Source: Camelus ferus (Eukaryota). From it: a DNA stretch of 64,000 bases. The notes below the pieces were generated by a model. It was given only the letters and a program-made list of their open reading frames with translations. It did no database searches and was not told where the DNA came from. Position numbers and translations under genes: made by a program. Below, piece by piece: positions 51,240 to 63,523 of this stretch; positions within the stretch are counted from its first letter, which is position 1, and each line of letters starts with the position of its first letter. The stretch spans positions 22,506,001 to 22,570,000 of the forward strand of contig NC_045732.1 in NCBI RefSeq assembly GCF_009834535.1. Reading direction: 5' to 3'.

Positions 51240-51510
51240 AGACGGAAGCACACAGCACAGTGTAAGAATTCTTGTGCACACCTCCCCAGCCTCAACAGTT
51301 CTCAACACGCCCAATCTTTTTCACTGCCCTCCCTCTGGATAACTCTGAAGCAAAACCCACATGCCATTTCATATCACGTGTAGTATTTCAAAATACCTCA
51401 CTTGAAGCTAAGATGCCTTTAAAAGAACATAACCACAATATCAATATTACACCTAAAAAAATGAACAATATTTCTTGAATGTCAAATATTCAAGTGTCTC
51501 AAAAATGTCC
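51240..51510 (-). mobile_element. L1MC-like 3' fragment, antisense
   Basis: ctgaagcaaaacccacatgccatttcatatc...aacataaccacaatatcaatattacacctaaaaaaatgaacaatatttctt. Confidence 0.65.
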
Positions 51511-51549
51511 TAAATGATGTTTTAAAAAATATTTTATTTATTACTGTAC

Positions 51550-51673
51550 TATTTAATTATTTTATCTTTGAGGAGGAGGTAATTAGGTTTATTTTTAGAG
51601 AAGGTACTGGGGATTGAACCCAGAACCGCATGCATGCTAAGCATGCACTCTACCACTTGAGCTGTACCCTCCC
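51550..51673 (-). mobile_element. Camelid tRNA-derived SINE (Vic-1-like)
   Basis: gaggtaattaggtttattt...gtactggggattgaaccca...ctctaccacttgagctgtaccctccc. Confidence 0.88.
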
Positions 51674-51864
51674 GATAAACGATATTTTTAAATATTTTAT
51701 AATTGATGCCAGAAACAAAAGCAAAGGTACCAACATATTATGTAATCAATGGTATAAATGAGAAGCCAAATGACTCATGTGATGCCCAAGGACTACTGTT
51801 CATGGACTTGTCCACCTACAGCCCTTACTGGGTGCTGGCGCTGCTTCCAGAGCTCTACATATAT

Positions 51865-51975
51865 TAACTCACTTAACATTATGATATAGGTGAATTTCCA
51901 AGAGCACCATTTTACTGACGAGGAAACTGAGGCCCAAAGAGTTTATGTAACATGTCCGAGATCACTGAGCTAACC
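51865..51975 (-). mobile_element. MIR core
   Basis: ccattttactgacgaggaaactgaggcccaaagagtttatgtaacatgtcc. Confidence 0.75.
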
Positions 51976-52410
51976 TATATGTCCATCAGCTGATGAATAA
52001 ATAAACAAAAAGTGATCTATCCATGCAATGGAATATTATTCGGCCATCAAAAGAAATGNNNNNNNNNNNNNNNNNNNNNNNNNNNNNNNNNNNNNNNNNN
52101 NNNNNNNNNNNNNNNNNNNNNNNNNNNNNNNNNNNNNNNNNNNNNNNNNNNNNNNNNNNNNNNNNNNNNNNNNNNNNNNNNNNNNNNNNNNNNNNNNNNN
52201 NNNNNNNNNNNNNNNNNNNNNNNNNNNNGGGGTAGTGGGGAGTGACTACTANNNNNNNNNNNNNNNNNNNNNNNNNNNNNNNNNNNNNNNNNNNNNNNNN
52301 NNNNNNNNNNNNNNNNNNNNNNNNNNNNNNNNNNNNNNNNNNNNNNNNNNNNNNNNNNNNNNNNNNNNNNNNNNNNNNNNNNNNNNNNTGTATCTTAATA
52401 AAGCTTTTTA
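51976..52410 (+). mobile_element. L1MB-like 3' end, mostly in gaps (52059-52228, 52252-52388)
   Basis: atgtccatcagctgatgaataaataaacaaaaagtgatctatccatgcaatggaatattattcggccatc; terminal tgtatcttaataaagct. Confidence 0.8.
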
Positions 52411-53589
52411 AAAAAGTAAATTATCAAAAGGTAGAATACTTATCAAGCCAAGGAATATTTATTGACCATCTACACAAGCATATACTAAGTTCTATGCAAG
52501 TCACAAAACAAGTGTAAGACACAAACCCTGACATCAAATTGCTTGCAGTTGAAGAGAAAAGGCACACATGCAATATATTGCAATGCACTTTTGCTTTGTG
52601 AATTTGTGCCTTTTTTTCTAAGGGCAGTCAACTATCTGAACCAGGTTTTTGGAATCACAAAAGCCATTGGGCGAGGGCCAAATGAACATATGAGCTATGA
52701 TAAGACCGATCCTGCTTCCCTTCCCCACTGGGGGCCTGCAGAGGTCATGATCAACCACAGGGTTATCTTATGAGAGAGAAACCACCAGGGTTCTTAGGGA
52801 GCTGGGGCTGAGCCTATTCACTTATAACTGAAATAACTTGAGTCAATGTTTTCTACCTAAGCAGAGGCCGGGGAATCCTGACAATCCTCGGCTGAGCTAA
52901 GACCACAGGGGGATGCCCAGGTTAACCAAATAGCACACATTTTCCTTAGCCTGAGTGGCTGAAGATCTGGTCTGTTTCCCCACTGGGGAGGCTGCACACG
53001 CTGGGCCCCTGCCCTTGGCCCCCTAAACTCCAACAGCAAAGATCACTCTGCTTGAGGAAGGCTTGAGAGCTTTACCAAGGAAACAAGGCCCTCTTTTGCC
53101 TCCTATTCACTTAGCTACACAGTTCAGAAAAGGTAAGAGCCACAAAGATCCTTGAAGAAGATCGGGAGACCTGTGGTCCTGAAAACTGGTAAGGTGTGTG
53201 TTTCAAGGACGGAGAGGAGGGCCATGGTAGGAGATACTGTCTAGGCAAGGGGACAGCTTGGGGTCCTGAAGCTGCAGAGAGTCACCATAATACTGCAGAA
53301 AACTGAAGCAGTCCAGGAACCTGGTGGATCACTTACAACCAGGAAGGCTTTCTGGAGCTAGCATTTCTCTTAAACGAACAATGAGGAAACTTCTGTTCAA
53401 ACTCCAAGTGCCTGGGTACTAGGGACATATGGCTCCAGGGCTCTGTTCTACCCTGAGGCTACTGGAACAGTGTCCAGATCCATGTCCAGTGAACCCAGGA
53501 AGCCCAATTGCTACAGAGATTCTAAAACCTGGAGTGCATGTCAGAAAGATGTATACATCGTACAAACATGCGAATTCAGCTGAATTTTA

Positions 53590-53733
53590 CACTGATGGAT
53601 TTTGGGGGGGTAAATTACATTTAATTAATTAAATTTATATGTTTATTTATTTTTTAATCGAGGTACTTAGAGATTGAGTCCAGGACCTCATGCACTAAGC
53701 AGCTGCTCTACCACTGAGCTGTATCCTTCCCCT
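53590..53733 (-). mobile_element. Camelid tRNA-derived SINE (Vic-1-like) with a perfect 16-bp TSD
   Basis: gaggtacttagagattgagtccaggacctcatgc...ctctaccactgagctgtatccttcccc; attcagctgaatttta at 53574-53589 and 53734-53749. Confidence 0.9.
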
Positions 53734-54064
53734 ATTCAGCTGAATTTTATAACAAAGGGTTGCATTCTCTGAAATTTTCAGACAGTGGTGGCCATTGAAA
53801 CTTAGAATCTTACTTAGGCTAACAAATGTTTACTGCTCAGAGAGAACTACAAGAAAAACCCTAGTTAATGAAGTAGACACTCCCTTTTTGTACATTACTA
53901 ATTATGCATCTTTTCCTGAACATATTTGGATCAAGTGACTTGGGCCCAGAGTGGCCTGACCAATCAGCAAACAGTTCCACGATATAACTTTAGAGCCAAG
54001 CTGCCTCAATGAAACCACAATCCCATTTGAACTACAATCGCTGACGTTTCATTGGCCTCCTTAC

Positions 54065-54154
54065 CTTTCACAACATCAGCCACATTGCAGGTGGGATCAA
54101 TACTTCCAATATGTTTAGGATGCGCAGGGTTAGTGTCACCACCAAACAGAAGCG
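54065..54154 (-). CDS. PDK3: PDK3 exon 5
   Basis: 90 nt with AG/GTAAG ends; (T)LLFGGDTNPAHPKHIGSIDPTCNVADVVK. Confidence 0.97.
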
Positions 54155-55878
54155 CTAAAGGAACACAAGAGAAAAGGGAGAGGATTAAAAAACAGTAGGC
54201 TAGGATGGTCAAGGAGAGAAACATGGGGCTGGTAAGTTTTGGAAAGATTCTCTTCTTTGTGAAAACCATTTTAGCATCCCCAGTGTCTTAAAGCAATAGA
54301 ACCAGCTGGTGGGTGACCAACTATCGGACAAGGAAGGAGGAAGCACGTGCCCATGAGACCTGCCAGGTGCAGGAAGCAGGTCCTAAAGCAGTGACACGGG
54401 CCAGGTAGCCAACACGCTCTCCTCGACCCAACGTGGCTTGGATGGAAAAAAAACTTCCTTTCATCCTTAAGCCAAGTTTACCCACTTTCTCAGCACGATT
54501 CCAGACATTTGTTCCAATATTCTCTAAATATTTAGAAAATGCAGTCTGCACAGTTAGGCTTGCCAAGGGTGTTCACTGCGAACACTGCAGATGCCTCCAA
54601 CGTGGAGATGGTTTTTCACTGTACTACACATGAACAAAATTTGTGTGAGCATTTTAAAAAGTACATTCAACTTTTTTCATCATATGCAAGGTTTGTAAAA
54701 TTTTACTTCTGAAAAAAAGCCAAAAGGAGCCCCCAAAGAAAAAAGTTTATATGTGTGCCTATTCAAATGTTTATATGTGTACCCATTTTTAAATTTAAAA
54801 AAATGGGAATAACTTAGATGCCACAAAAGAAGAATGCTTAAATAAAGTAGGGGAGATTTTAATTATGACAGAACAAACGTGGGCATTAGGACAAAATGTA
54901 AAGCGCCAAATGATTATGTGGAAGAAACACGAGAGGTGGGTAAGCTTAATCAATGATCTAAAAACATGCACACCTTTATGTAGACACACAAATTTAGGTC
55001 AAAAAGAAATTGTAGTTATCTAAGTAGTTTAGTTAAATAGTATTTGGGCTCTTTTTTTATTCCTATAACTGTAAATTGCCATACATTTATATTTTTAAAA
55101 GACACACATTTAGAACACACCCACATTTAATAGCTGCATAACATTTGTTTATCCAAATAAACCAAATTAGTAAAATAAAGATGCTCTGTCCATTTTCTGA
55201 CTTGGCAAAGATGATGAATTAGACTCTAGACACTTGGATGCTTTTTCATAAAAATTATTAAATCAGACAAAGAGACACACTGAAGATGAGTCAAAAAGTT
55301 TTTGTGGAGAGAACCGTAGTTATTTTTTCTTATCTGCTTATCAGCCCAGAGAGTGGACTAAAAGTCTCAACACAGGATTAGGGTTTGACAAGCCTGATTA
55401 ATCTGATTTCACTAATCACTGTGAAATAAAAGATCAGTTGCTCATATTGGCAACATAACAATTCAATATTCTTAGTATCAATGTTTTTAAAACCAAAAAG
55501 GAAAACATGTACCATTCCGGATAAAGACTAGAAAGGACTCTCAGAGACATTCAACGTATTCAGAGATGAACACCAGGCTGCCACTAATGCCATTCCCTCG
55601 TCCCCATCAGGAACATAATGGCAGAGGCTTAAAAGGCAGGCAGTGGTCCCGTCTCTAATATGAGCATCTAAAAAGCCTTTCAAGGGTTTCTTTCAACGAA
55701 GAATTCTAATGATTAGCTGATTAATAGATAGAGCTCACCTGGGAAAAACAGAACTAGAAATGAAATTTCTACAGACAAAAATTCATGTCAGTAAATTAAA
55801 AGTGAAGTAACAGGAAAACATTTGGGAGAAATCACTCTGGTTATCTTTTCAAAACTGGACCAGGAAAACCCAACTTAC

Positions 55879-56063
55879 TATGCTGGTTAATAAGCATGCG
55901 GAAAGAGATGCGGTTGGTATAAAACCGATCCAGAAAATACTGGATGTTACNNNNNNNNNNNNNNNNNNNNNNNNNNNNNNNNNNNNNNNNNNNNNNNNNN
56001 NNNNNNNNNNNNNNNNNNNNNNNNNNNNNNNNNNNNNNNNNNNNNNNNNNNNNNNNNNNNNNN
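55879..56063 (-). CDS. PDK3: PDK3 exon 4 (partial; upper boundary inferred from the human 185-nt length)
   Basis: 55879-55950 encode [23 protein letters not shown] with donor GTAAGT; the 5' part lies in the gap 55951-56082. Confidence 0.92.
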
Positions 56064-56699
56064 NNNNNNNNNNNNNNNNNNNAAAAATGGTCAGTCTCTA
56101 TCTCATGGGCTAATGCATAAACTTCCTAGCTCTGTTTCAGGACTATTTACCTACTGGTATTTTTATAGGCAGAGACATCATTATCATTATAGGCTATAAG
56201 TAAGTACTTATGAGAAGCCACAGTATTACCCAAGTTTTTGCTTGAAACTTCCTATAGCAACTCTTCCTTCAGAGATACAAAAAGTGGAAGGTTCTAGTAA
56301 AGAAAAACATGCTCGAATACCTTTTAAGGAATCCATTGACCTTTTGGATAAGTGATTACATTTAATACAGACTCTATAAATGTTTACAGAATACATAATT
56401 GCAGAACATATTAATATTTTTTCTGACAACAGGAAGATAATCCCAAAAATCTTTAAGGATTTATTATGGAGTCTCAGAGAAATAGCTTCCATGAATAAAT
56501 AAATAATGTCAAAACTTTTAAGAGTAAAATATTGAAATAAATTCCTCACAAAAGTAAAATACAGTGATGAAATGTATATAGAACAAAGGTGATTAAGACA
56601 AACCTATTCAAGTTTTCCAGTACATCACTGTAAAGGTACAGAGGGAAAAATATATTGAGAATGGTAACTAAGAACAGAAAGACAAGTTAATGCAACCAA

Positions 56700-57720
56700 A
56701 TAAAAAGCCTGGAACCAGGCCCCAGGGTGACTAAGTATGTGTGTGTAAAAATTTAGCATATTGATAAAGTAACAATGTAAGTCAGTAGGGAAACAAATTG
56801 GTTGGGACAGCTGGCTAACAATTTAAGTCACACTCCAATTTTAAGCCTTATGCCTCAAAATGGGTCAAAAGATTTAAATGTACAAGGGTAAAATCATAGA
56901 AAAGAAAAAAGAAATTCAGGTGAGTAAATATATAACCTTGGAGTAAGGAAGGCTGCCCTACGCTTAATACCAAAGGCAGTTTGGGACTTGCAGATACACA
57001 CTACTATATATAAATTAGGTAAACAACAAGGTCCTACTGTACAGCACAGGAAACTATATAGTCAATACCTCGTAAAAGCCTAAAATGAAAAAGAATATGA
57101 AAAGGGATATCTATATGTATGTATAACTGAATCAGAATGCCGTACAGCAAAATTAACACATTGTAAACCGAGCATACTTTGATAAAAAAAAAAAACCAAA
57201 GGCAGAAACCATGAAGAACCAAATGATAGGATTATGTAAGATTTTAGCAATTTTACAGGGACACACATTATAAACTAAAAAAATGAAGTGAAAACTGGGG
57301 AAAATATATTCGTAAGAGTTACTTCCATAGTAAAGGAAAAGATGACCACCCTAACAGAAAACTAGGCAAGAGGCTTGGTATCAGCGGAAAACTTTCCAGA
57401 GGAGATACAAACGCCCCCTTGAAAATAATAAAAGAAAAGCAAATTTAAACAACTCAACACTATCCTCCACTTATGAGACTGGCAAGGAACAACCAGTGTC
57501 AGCTAGAGCATGGGAGCGTAACTGATGCATTTCTAGGGGCAATTTAGCAGCATGTATCAAAGCCCAGAGAAACTCACTCCACTCCCAAGAACTGATTCCA
57601 GGAAAATATCTGGACAAGGCCAACAGCTGTATTTAAGGGCTGTTCTTCAGAGCACTGTTTATAGTAGCAAGAAAACTACAAACTATTCTAAAACCCAAAG
57701 GAGGTCAAATCACGACTTGT
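56700..57720 (+). mobile_element. Old L1 ORF2 3' fragment (L1ME-like) hosting a younger L1
   Basis: caaaagatttaaatgtac, aacactatcctccacttatgagactggcaa, tttctaggggcaatttagcagcatgtatcaaa. Confidence 0.65.
56980..57194 (+). mobile_element. Young 5'-truncated cetartiodactyl-type L1 with an 11-bp TSD
   Basis: tttgggacttgcagatacacactactatata...aacaaggtcctactgtacagcacaggaaactat, polyA; accaaaggcag at 56969-56979 and 57195-57205. Confidence 0.9.
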
Positions 57721-58894
57721 CTGCAGATGGACCATTATGAAACTACTAATAATGATCTATCATATATTCTCCACATATAAAAATATGTACGGCTAGCTGA
57801 AAGTATGGATGGAAGGAAAACGTTAACAGTGGTTGTCCCCTGGTAATGGAAATTTGGAGTGACTTGACTTATTGGAATAGCCTTATTTTTCTCAATGATT
57901 AAATATTTCTGTAACAAATACATATGTACAAAGACAGCAAAGATGAAGACATCAACTGGGTAATTAGAAGGTCATAATTTTTCACAAGAAATTTTCTAAC
58001 AGACCATTTGCCCTTCACATAATGCTCTTCCCAACGTATTTGCAGATTAAATATCACTAAAGTGAAACAATTTATTATAGATGAGAAGTGCCTCAAGTTC
58101 TATGTGAAGGGAGGAGACTTGCCTCAGTGGCTCAATTCTCAGAATACTTCCCCGATCTTCTGGGGCTCTTTAAAACTTTATCATTACGATAAACTTCCTC
58201 GTCCTCTAAGCTGCTTTCACTTTACTTAAATGACTTTCCTGCATGTGACTCTAAAACCTCTCACTGAACAGAAAAGGCTGCTACTATGAGTAGAACCCCT
58301 CGCTCCTTCCTTCCCCACGAGCACCAGGCTTCTAAAACCCCAAGTAGCCTAACTAGCTTCCTGAGCCTGGGTGAGCTACTGAAACTCACTGAGCAAGAGC
58401 TATTATCAACACCATCGTGTACACCCTGGATCCAGCACTTGGCAGTTTTCGAAGCAGGCTCATGTCCATAAGTCGCATCTGACTGATAACCCGTTCCAGA
58501 AACCAAGACAGGACTCCGGGAAACACACCACAGAAATTTAATATCAGAGACTTCCACAAATCGATATCCCCTAATTTGAAGCTAGAGAGGCCAGTCCTAA
58601 TTTTGAGGATGTCAGCCAAACAAACTGTCACTAGCTAATGGCTTTGGAGATTCGATTCATTAACTCTGATAACCTTAAATGACAGGAGGGGCTTCTAACA
58701 AGGAAAACACTATAGCTGGGACTCTAGTCCAGTGCCTCCCCTGCCGCATTTTGTAGCTCCATTAACAAAACACCTAGCAAAGTGTATAACAGACTAGCAC
58801 TTATTCCCCTCTTTGTATTTTAATTTACAACTCAAGTTGTGACTCAAACCAGAGGTCTGGCAGCATGGTGCACTGTAAACGACAATGTGCTCAG

Positions 58895-59005
58895 GGAGAG
58901 GAGACATGATTTCCAGATCCAGCTCTGCTCTTAACTACTGTTACAATATCGGGGAAGTCACTTCACATCCTGGACCTCAGTTTCCTTATCTGTGAATTGA
59001 GAGAG
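58895..59005 (+). mobile_element. MIR SINE
   Basis: ccagctctgctcttaactactg...ggggaagtcacttcacatcctggacctcagtttccttatctgtgaa. Confidence 0.75.
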
Positions 59006-59825
59006 CCAGGTTAAATGTCTTGAGCTCAGGTCGCTTACATAATGTGGTATTTCTTAGTTCTTTTTTTTGGAACACTTTCAGGTAAGGTGTTTGGTGTCAC
59101 AATTATGTGAGCCAGGCTTCTACTTGGGAAGAAATTCTTCTGCACAACAGGCCTGCCCAAAGCATTCGCTGATGTGCACATGAAAGAGGAGGAAAGTAAT
59201 GTGAAGAGGCTACTTAATTTCTCTTGGGGAGAAGAAATCACACTCCGAGCTAGGGTCAGTGTTTTCCAGTTAAGTGAAAATGAAAAACCAGAAATATCTT
59301 CCATCAGCATGAGAATTTAGCCGTCTTCGTGCCTGACTGCAGCCAAGGAATTCAGAATAACTGTTATATTAATAGCACCCCCTTTGATTCTGTTCCAAAA
59401 TAAAAGCATTACAGTTTATCTGAGCTCAAATGTAATATCGCATTGAAAATTGAAAAACAACTTGTAAAGGACTAAGCAGATAAATTCCTGTATACGTAGA
59501 GGCCAGTGCATTCTTAAAACCACCACTAGGTGGAACAGTCACTGCGATATTGATAGTGAGTTCCCTTGCACCAGTTCACCAGGAACAGGAGTATTAAGAA
59601 TTAGATCACAAATCATAACCTGAAGTGTCATCGTTACCTTGGCACTATGTTAAATCCTTAACTCAAATTTTAAAAAAACTGCAATGTTGAGTTGTTACTC
59701 ATTAAGGAACCTAATGCTTTCGTCTAAATTATACTTCCTGGTTCTGAATGGCGTGAGTTCCATTTACCAAGACATTTTTTAACCTAGCTGTTTTGACTTT
59801 CAGCTAAGTTTGGTATCATACTTAC

Positions 59826-59897
59826 TTATCCAAGACCTGGGGATCCTCAGGGCTCTTATTTTCATATTCTAGAAGTTCAAGAAAACTCTGCATGTAC
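59826..59897 (-). CDS. PDK3: PDK3 exon 3
   Basis: 72 nt with AG/GTAAGT ends; (W)YMQSFLELLEYENKSPEDPQVLD(N). Confidence 0.97.
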
Positions 59898-59914
59898 CTG
59901 AAAAAAAGAGTTAT

Positions 59915-60497
59915 TGTGTTAGTTGCCTACCCAACATTCCTCCCTCCTACTTTCTCTCTTCCTTAAGAGCACCTTTAGTCTCCACTCAGGTATCCATCCA
60001 ATCCCTTCCACCCTCATGTTGCCCAAGTTCTTCAGGGGAAGCTGATACCATGCAAAACTCCTGGGAGGCCTGGTTTTTTTCCCTAGGTAATCCTATTTTT
60101 CTTGTCACTAGTTCCTAATAGCCCAACAGTCCTGCTCTAAGCCTGTCACTGCATCGTATTCCTCTGAACACAGGGATGTGGCTCAGGAATGGACAACACT
60201 GCCTCAATTCAGGCCAGTAAAGTAAGAGAGTAGACTTGCTGGTGGTCTTTGGGAGAGAAATCAACTTGCTCTGCTTTTATACAGTGGGGTGTGTGGATGT
60301 AAAGCCTGGAACTGCTGCAGCTATTTTGGCACCCAGAACATCCAGCCTGAAAATGAAGCCAAACCCATGGAAAGTGGGGCCTTGATAATCTCGTGAATCT
60401 CTGAATCAAACCAACAGCAAAAGCTTGTCCTAGTTACAATTTATTGCTTAAGCCAGGTTTTCTGCTGATTGCTAACAAACATATCCTAACTGATGCA
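59915..60497 (+). mobile_element. MaLR LTR (MLT1J/K-like)
   Basis: tgttagttgcctacccaacattcc start; ggatgtaaagcctggaactgctgcagctattttg, cagcctgaaaatgaagccaa, ttgcttaagccag, aaacatatcctaactgatgca end. Confidence 0.75.
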
Positions 60498-61429
60498 CCA
60501 AGTCTATAGTATGATTACCAAAAAGGGGGCATATAAATTTTTAAGAAGCACGTGTGTGGCCCTAAAGTGAATGCTAAGAATTTAGAACTAGAAATAAAGA
60601 AGGTTCCTTCTCAGAGTTTACTGAATTTCATCAACATGTAATGAAAGAGAAAGAATGCCTCTTAGGGCCTCAGAAACAGCTTCTGGATTAAGAATACCGA
60701 CGTAGCTCATTCAGGGTCAGTGTAAGAAATAATGTGACCAACATAAAGGTCTTGAGAACAGAAGAAAAATGGGACTCAGAGGAGCACATGACAGGAGCAG
60801 CTACACCCAGACAGAACCTGCTGGGTCTTGTGGCGACTCAGAGATTCCAATTACTTAGAGGTGTGCGAGCTCTGCTTTGGGTCTTAACATGTCCTGAAAG
60901 AAGTACCCCTTATTCTTATTATTTCTAAAAATTAATTACTACTAATCTTACCATCCCGCTTTGGATAGAGGATGAGGACACTCTAAAAATGACTGTTAAG
61001 CTTATAAATACATAAACAGGAATGACGTTATATTTATCAGCCTCCCCTGAACTTTGTGACAACACATGATACTAAAGTATGTTCATCTCTGGGTATATTT
61101 TTTAAAGTTTCTGAGCATATAAAGCTGTGGATTAGACATTGTGAGGATCATTAGGTCAAACCACCCTGAGAGGTCACAGTCAGCCATGCACAGTGATGCC
61201 CTCTGCCCTGACACATGTCAGCAGAACCTCAGGCAGGCATCCCATCCTTCTGGAAGGGGATAGTTCATTTACAGAGCAAAGTTATAAATGGAGAGGAATC
61301 AAAGGTTATGCTGAGCTTCCTGGCCTGAAAGTCAAGAAAGCTAGAGATCGCACTCTGACCAAGGTGCACTTCTCAGCCATTATACTTAAGATCCGCTTTC
61401 AAGAGGAAAAGGAAATGACAAGTAAACAT

Positions 61430-61895
61430 AATGCATGATCCCTGAACTGGATTCCTAAGTCGGGGGTTGGGGGGTTGCTTAAAAAGAAAAGCACTATTAG
61501 GACAATTAATGAAATGAGAGCAAGTTCTATACATTAGACAACAGTACTATATCAATGTTAAATTTCCCAAATGTGACAATCATACTGTGATTTTCTAAGA
61601 GTTGTTCTAAGGAGACACACATTCAGGCATAAAGGGGCATGGTGCCTACCATTAATCCAATGGTTTAGAAAAAAATAATGTATCTTATATATATAGATAT
61701 ATGTGTGGTGTACCATATATATAGGTATAGTGTACCATACAAAGATATAGAGAGAGAGAATATGGATGCAGATGATAAAACAAATATTGCCAAATGTTAA
61801 CAATTAGTGAATCTGGGCGAAGGTATTTGGAAACTCTTGCTAGTCTTGCAAACCCTTCTGTTAAATAGAAAATTATTTCAAAATTCAGTGTTTAA
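61430..61895 (+). mobile_element. L1MC/L1ME-like 3' end with an internal (TA)/(GA) microsatellite
   Basis: tgcatgatccctgaactggattcc...tatcaatgttaaatttcc...aaatgttaacaattagtgaatctgggcgaaggtat. Confidence 0.75.
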
Positions 61896-62049
61896 AAAAG
61901 GAAGAAATAACATGCATGTGTTTAGAATGGCTATGGAAGGGGAAGGGTAGGAAGACTTAAAAAAAAAAAAAAAGAGTTGACTCAATCATTTGAGTCTGTA
62001 CTTTACCAGCAATTCACTTTGAAGCCCCTGAAGTGCATTTTACATAAGT

Positions 62050-62150
62050 GATAACTGTAAATGTTTGACTGTCCCCGCCGCCAGGACCAGGGGACTTGAC
62101 AGTCATTTAGCCTACCTAGAATCCCCAGTATAGTAGCTGGCCCCTGAGAC
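62050..62150 (+). mobile_element. L2 3' fragment
   Basis: ctgtaaatgtttgactg...agggacttgacagtcattt...cccagtatagtagctggc. Confidence 0.45.
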
Positions 62151-63523
62151 TGCTTACATACGTTCTGCTGGAAAATCTCTAATCATGGTCTTGGAGCAAT
62201 AAAGAAGTCTCAGGTAAATAAGTACTTGCTGCCCCCTGAAACAAGCTATGAACTTAGGGTAAAATCCAACTGACTCTGAGATGGAAGCCACGGTCACCAC
62301 CTCTCTGAGGGGTCTTGGCTTCCGGGGTCCCTTTGCCTGCCACAGTGAGGAGCTGCTGCTTGTCTGGGACAGGGACTGGACGCTGTCATTGCTAAGACCA
62401 CCCAACAGAGTGTTTCTCAGATGATTCATTCTCAACCTTAAGAATTTCTTTTTCTTTTCCTTAACAATTTCTTATAACAAATATTACTGAGGAATGACTG
62501 GTGAATGTCCATTCTCTTTCAGTAGCCCAGCCTCCGTGAACCCTCTAAACGCAAACTAATGAATAGTTTTATTCTCCCCACATCTATCCACATCATTCCC
62601 GTCCCCTAAACTGCTCTCCCTGTCCCTGTCAGTTCCAACCACCCCCCCTACCAAGGGGCAGTGCAAACCACAGCTTGCACGCCCCCCTCCCCTGTGCTCC
62701 CACGGCACTTCCTCTGCACTGGCTTGAGAGCACTGTTTGCATCTGGCTTCCTGAACCCCTCCAGCTTTCAACATGGGGATGACTTCTTTGTTTGTATGAT
62801 ATAGTGGAGTAGTGCAAGTGTCTCTCAAATCTATGCAAATCCTTTTCTAAAAATATACCACCTGCTCTTCCACCCCACCACGCCCCCATCACGCTCTGCT
62901 TACCGAGTGGGTAGTTCAGTCACAAATTCAACTTCCTCAATTAGACAGCACACGCTTTACACATCACAACTACACCTGAATGAAGTTACTTAAACCCTGT
63001 TATGATTTTTCAGACTTTTCATGGGGCAGCAGCACACCAGGTAGCTGGTATTTTTCATACAGGAGGTTCCCCTTTATATGACTGATTTTGTCCTAAAATA
63101 AGTATTGTCGTCAAGAAACTTCTTTGAAAGGAAAACAGAAGGAGCACGGTGGAGACTGGGCCAAAGCAGCAACATCCCCCTACCCAAAGGATCGTAGACC
63201 TGCTCACATGGGCCACTATGGTGCTATTCCTTTACATCTTTCTGTACTTTCCTTTTTTTCAATAAAAATCAGATTTATAACCAGAAAAAATGTGCAAAGT
63301 CAAGAAAATGTCTAGTTTAGTTTAGAAGTATTTTCCTTAGGACAATTATACATTGTCGGTTAAAAAAAAACAAAACAAAACTTTTAATTGCCTGGGAAAC
63401 CCAGCTATCCTGAATGACTCATTCTCACACAAGCAGTATGTGTACTTTTAGGGAGGATGGTCCCAGTGCCAAATGTTCAGAGCACTATGGGGAGACCCAT
63501 GTGAAGCCACATTATTTACTTAC

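Noticed and set aside
59521-59536. CTCF-like motif ccactaggtggaac (similar partial matches near 5394 and 23355)
   Set aside because: Each misses one or more high-information positions; cannot be called without a PWM scan or ChIP data.
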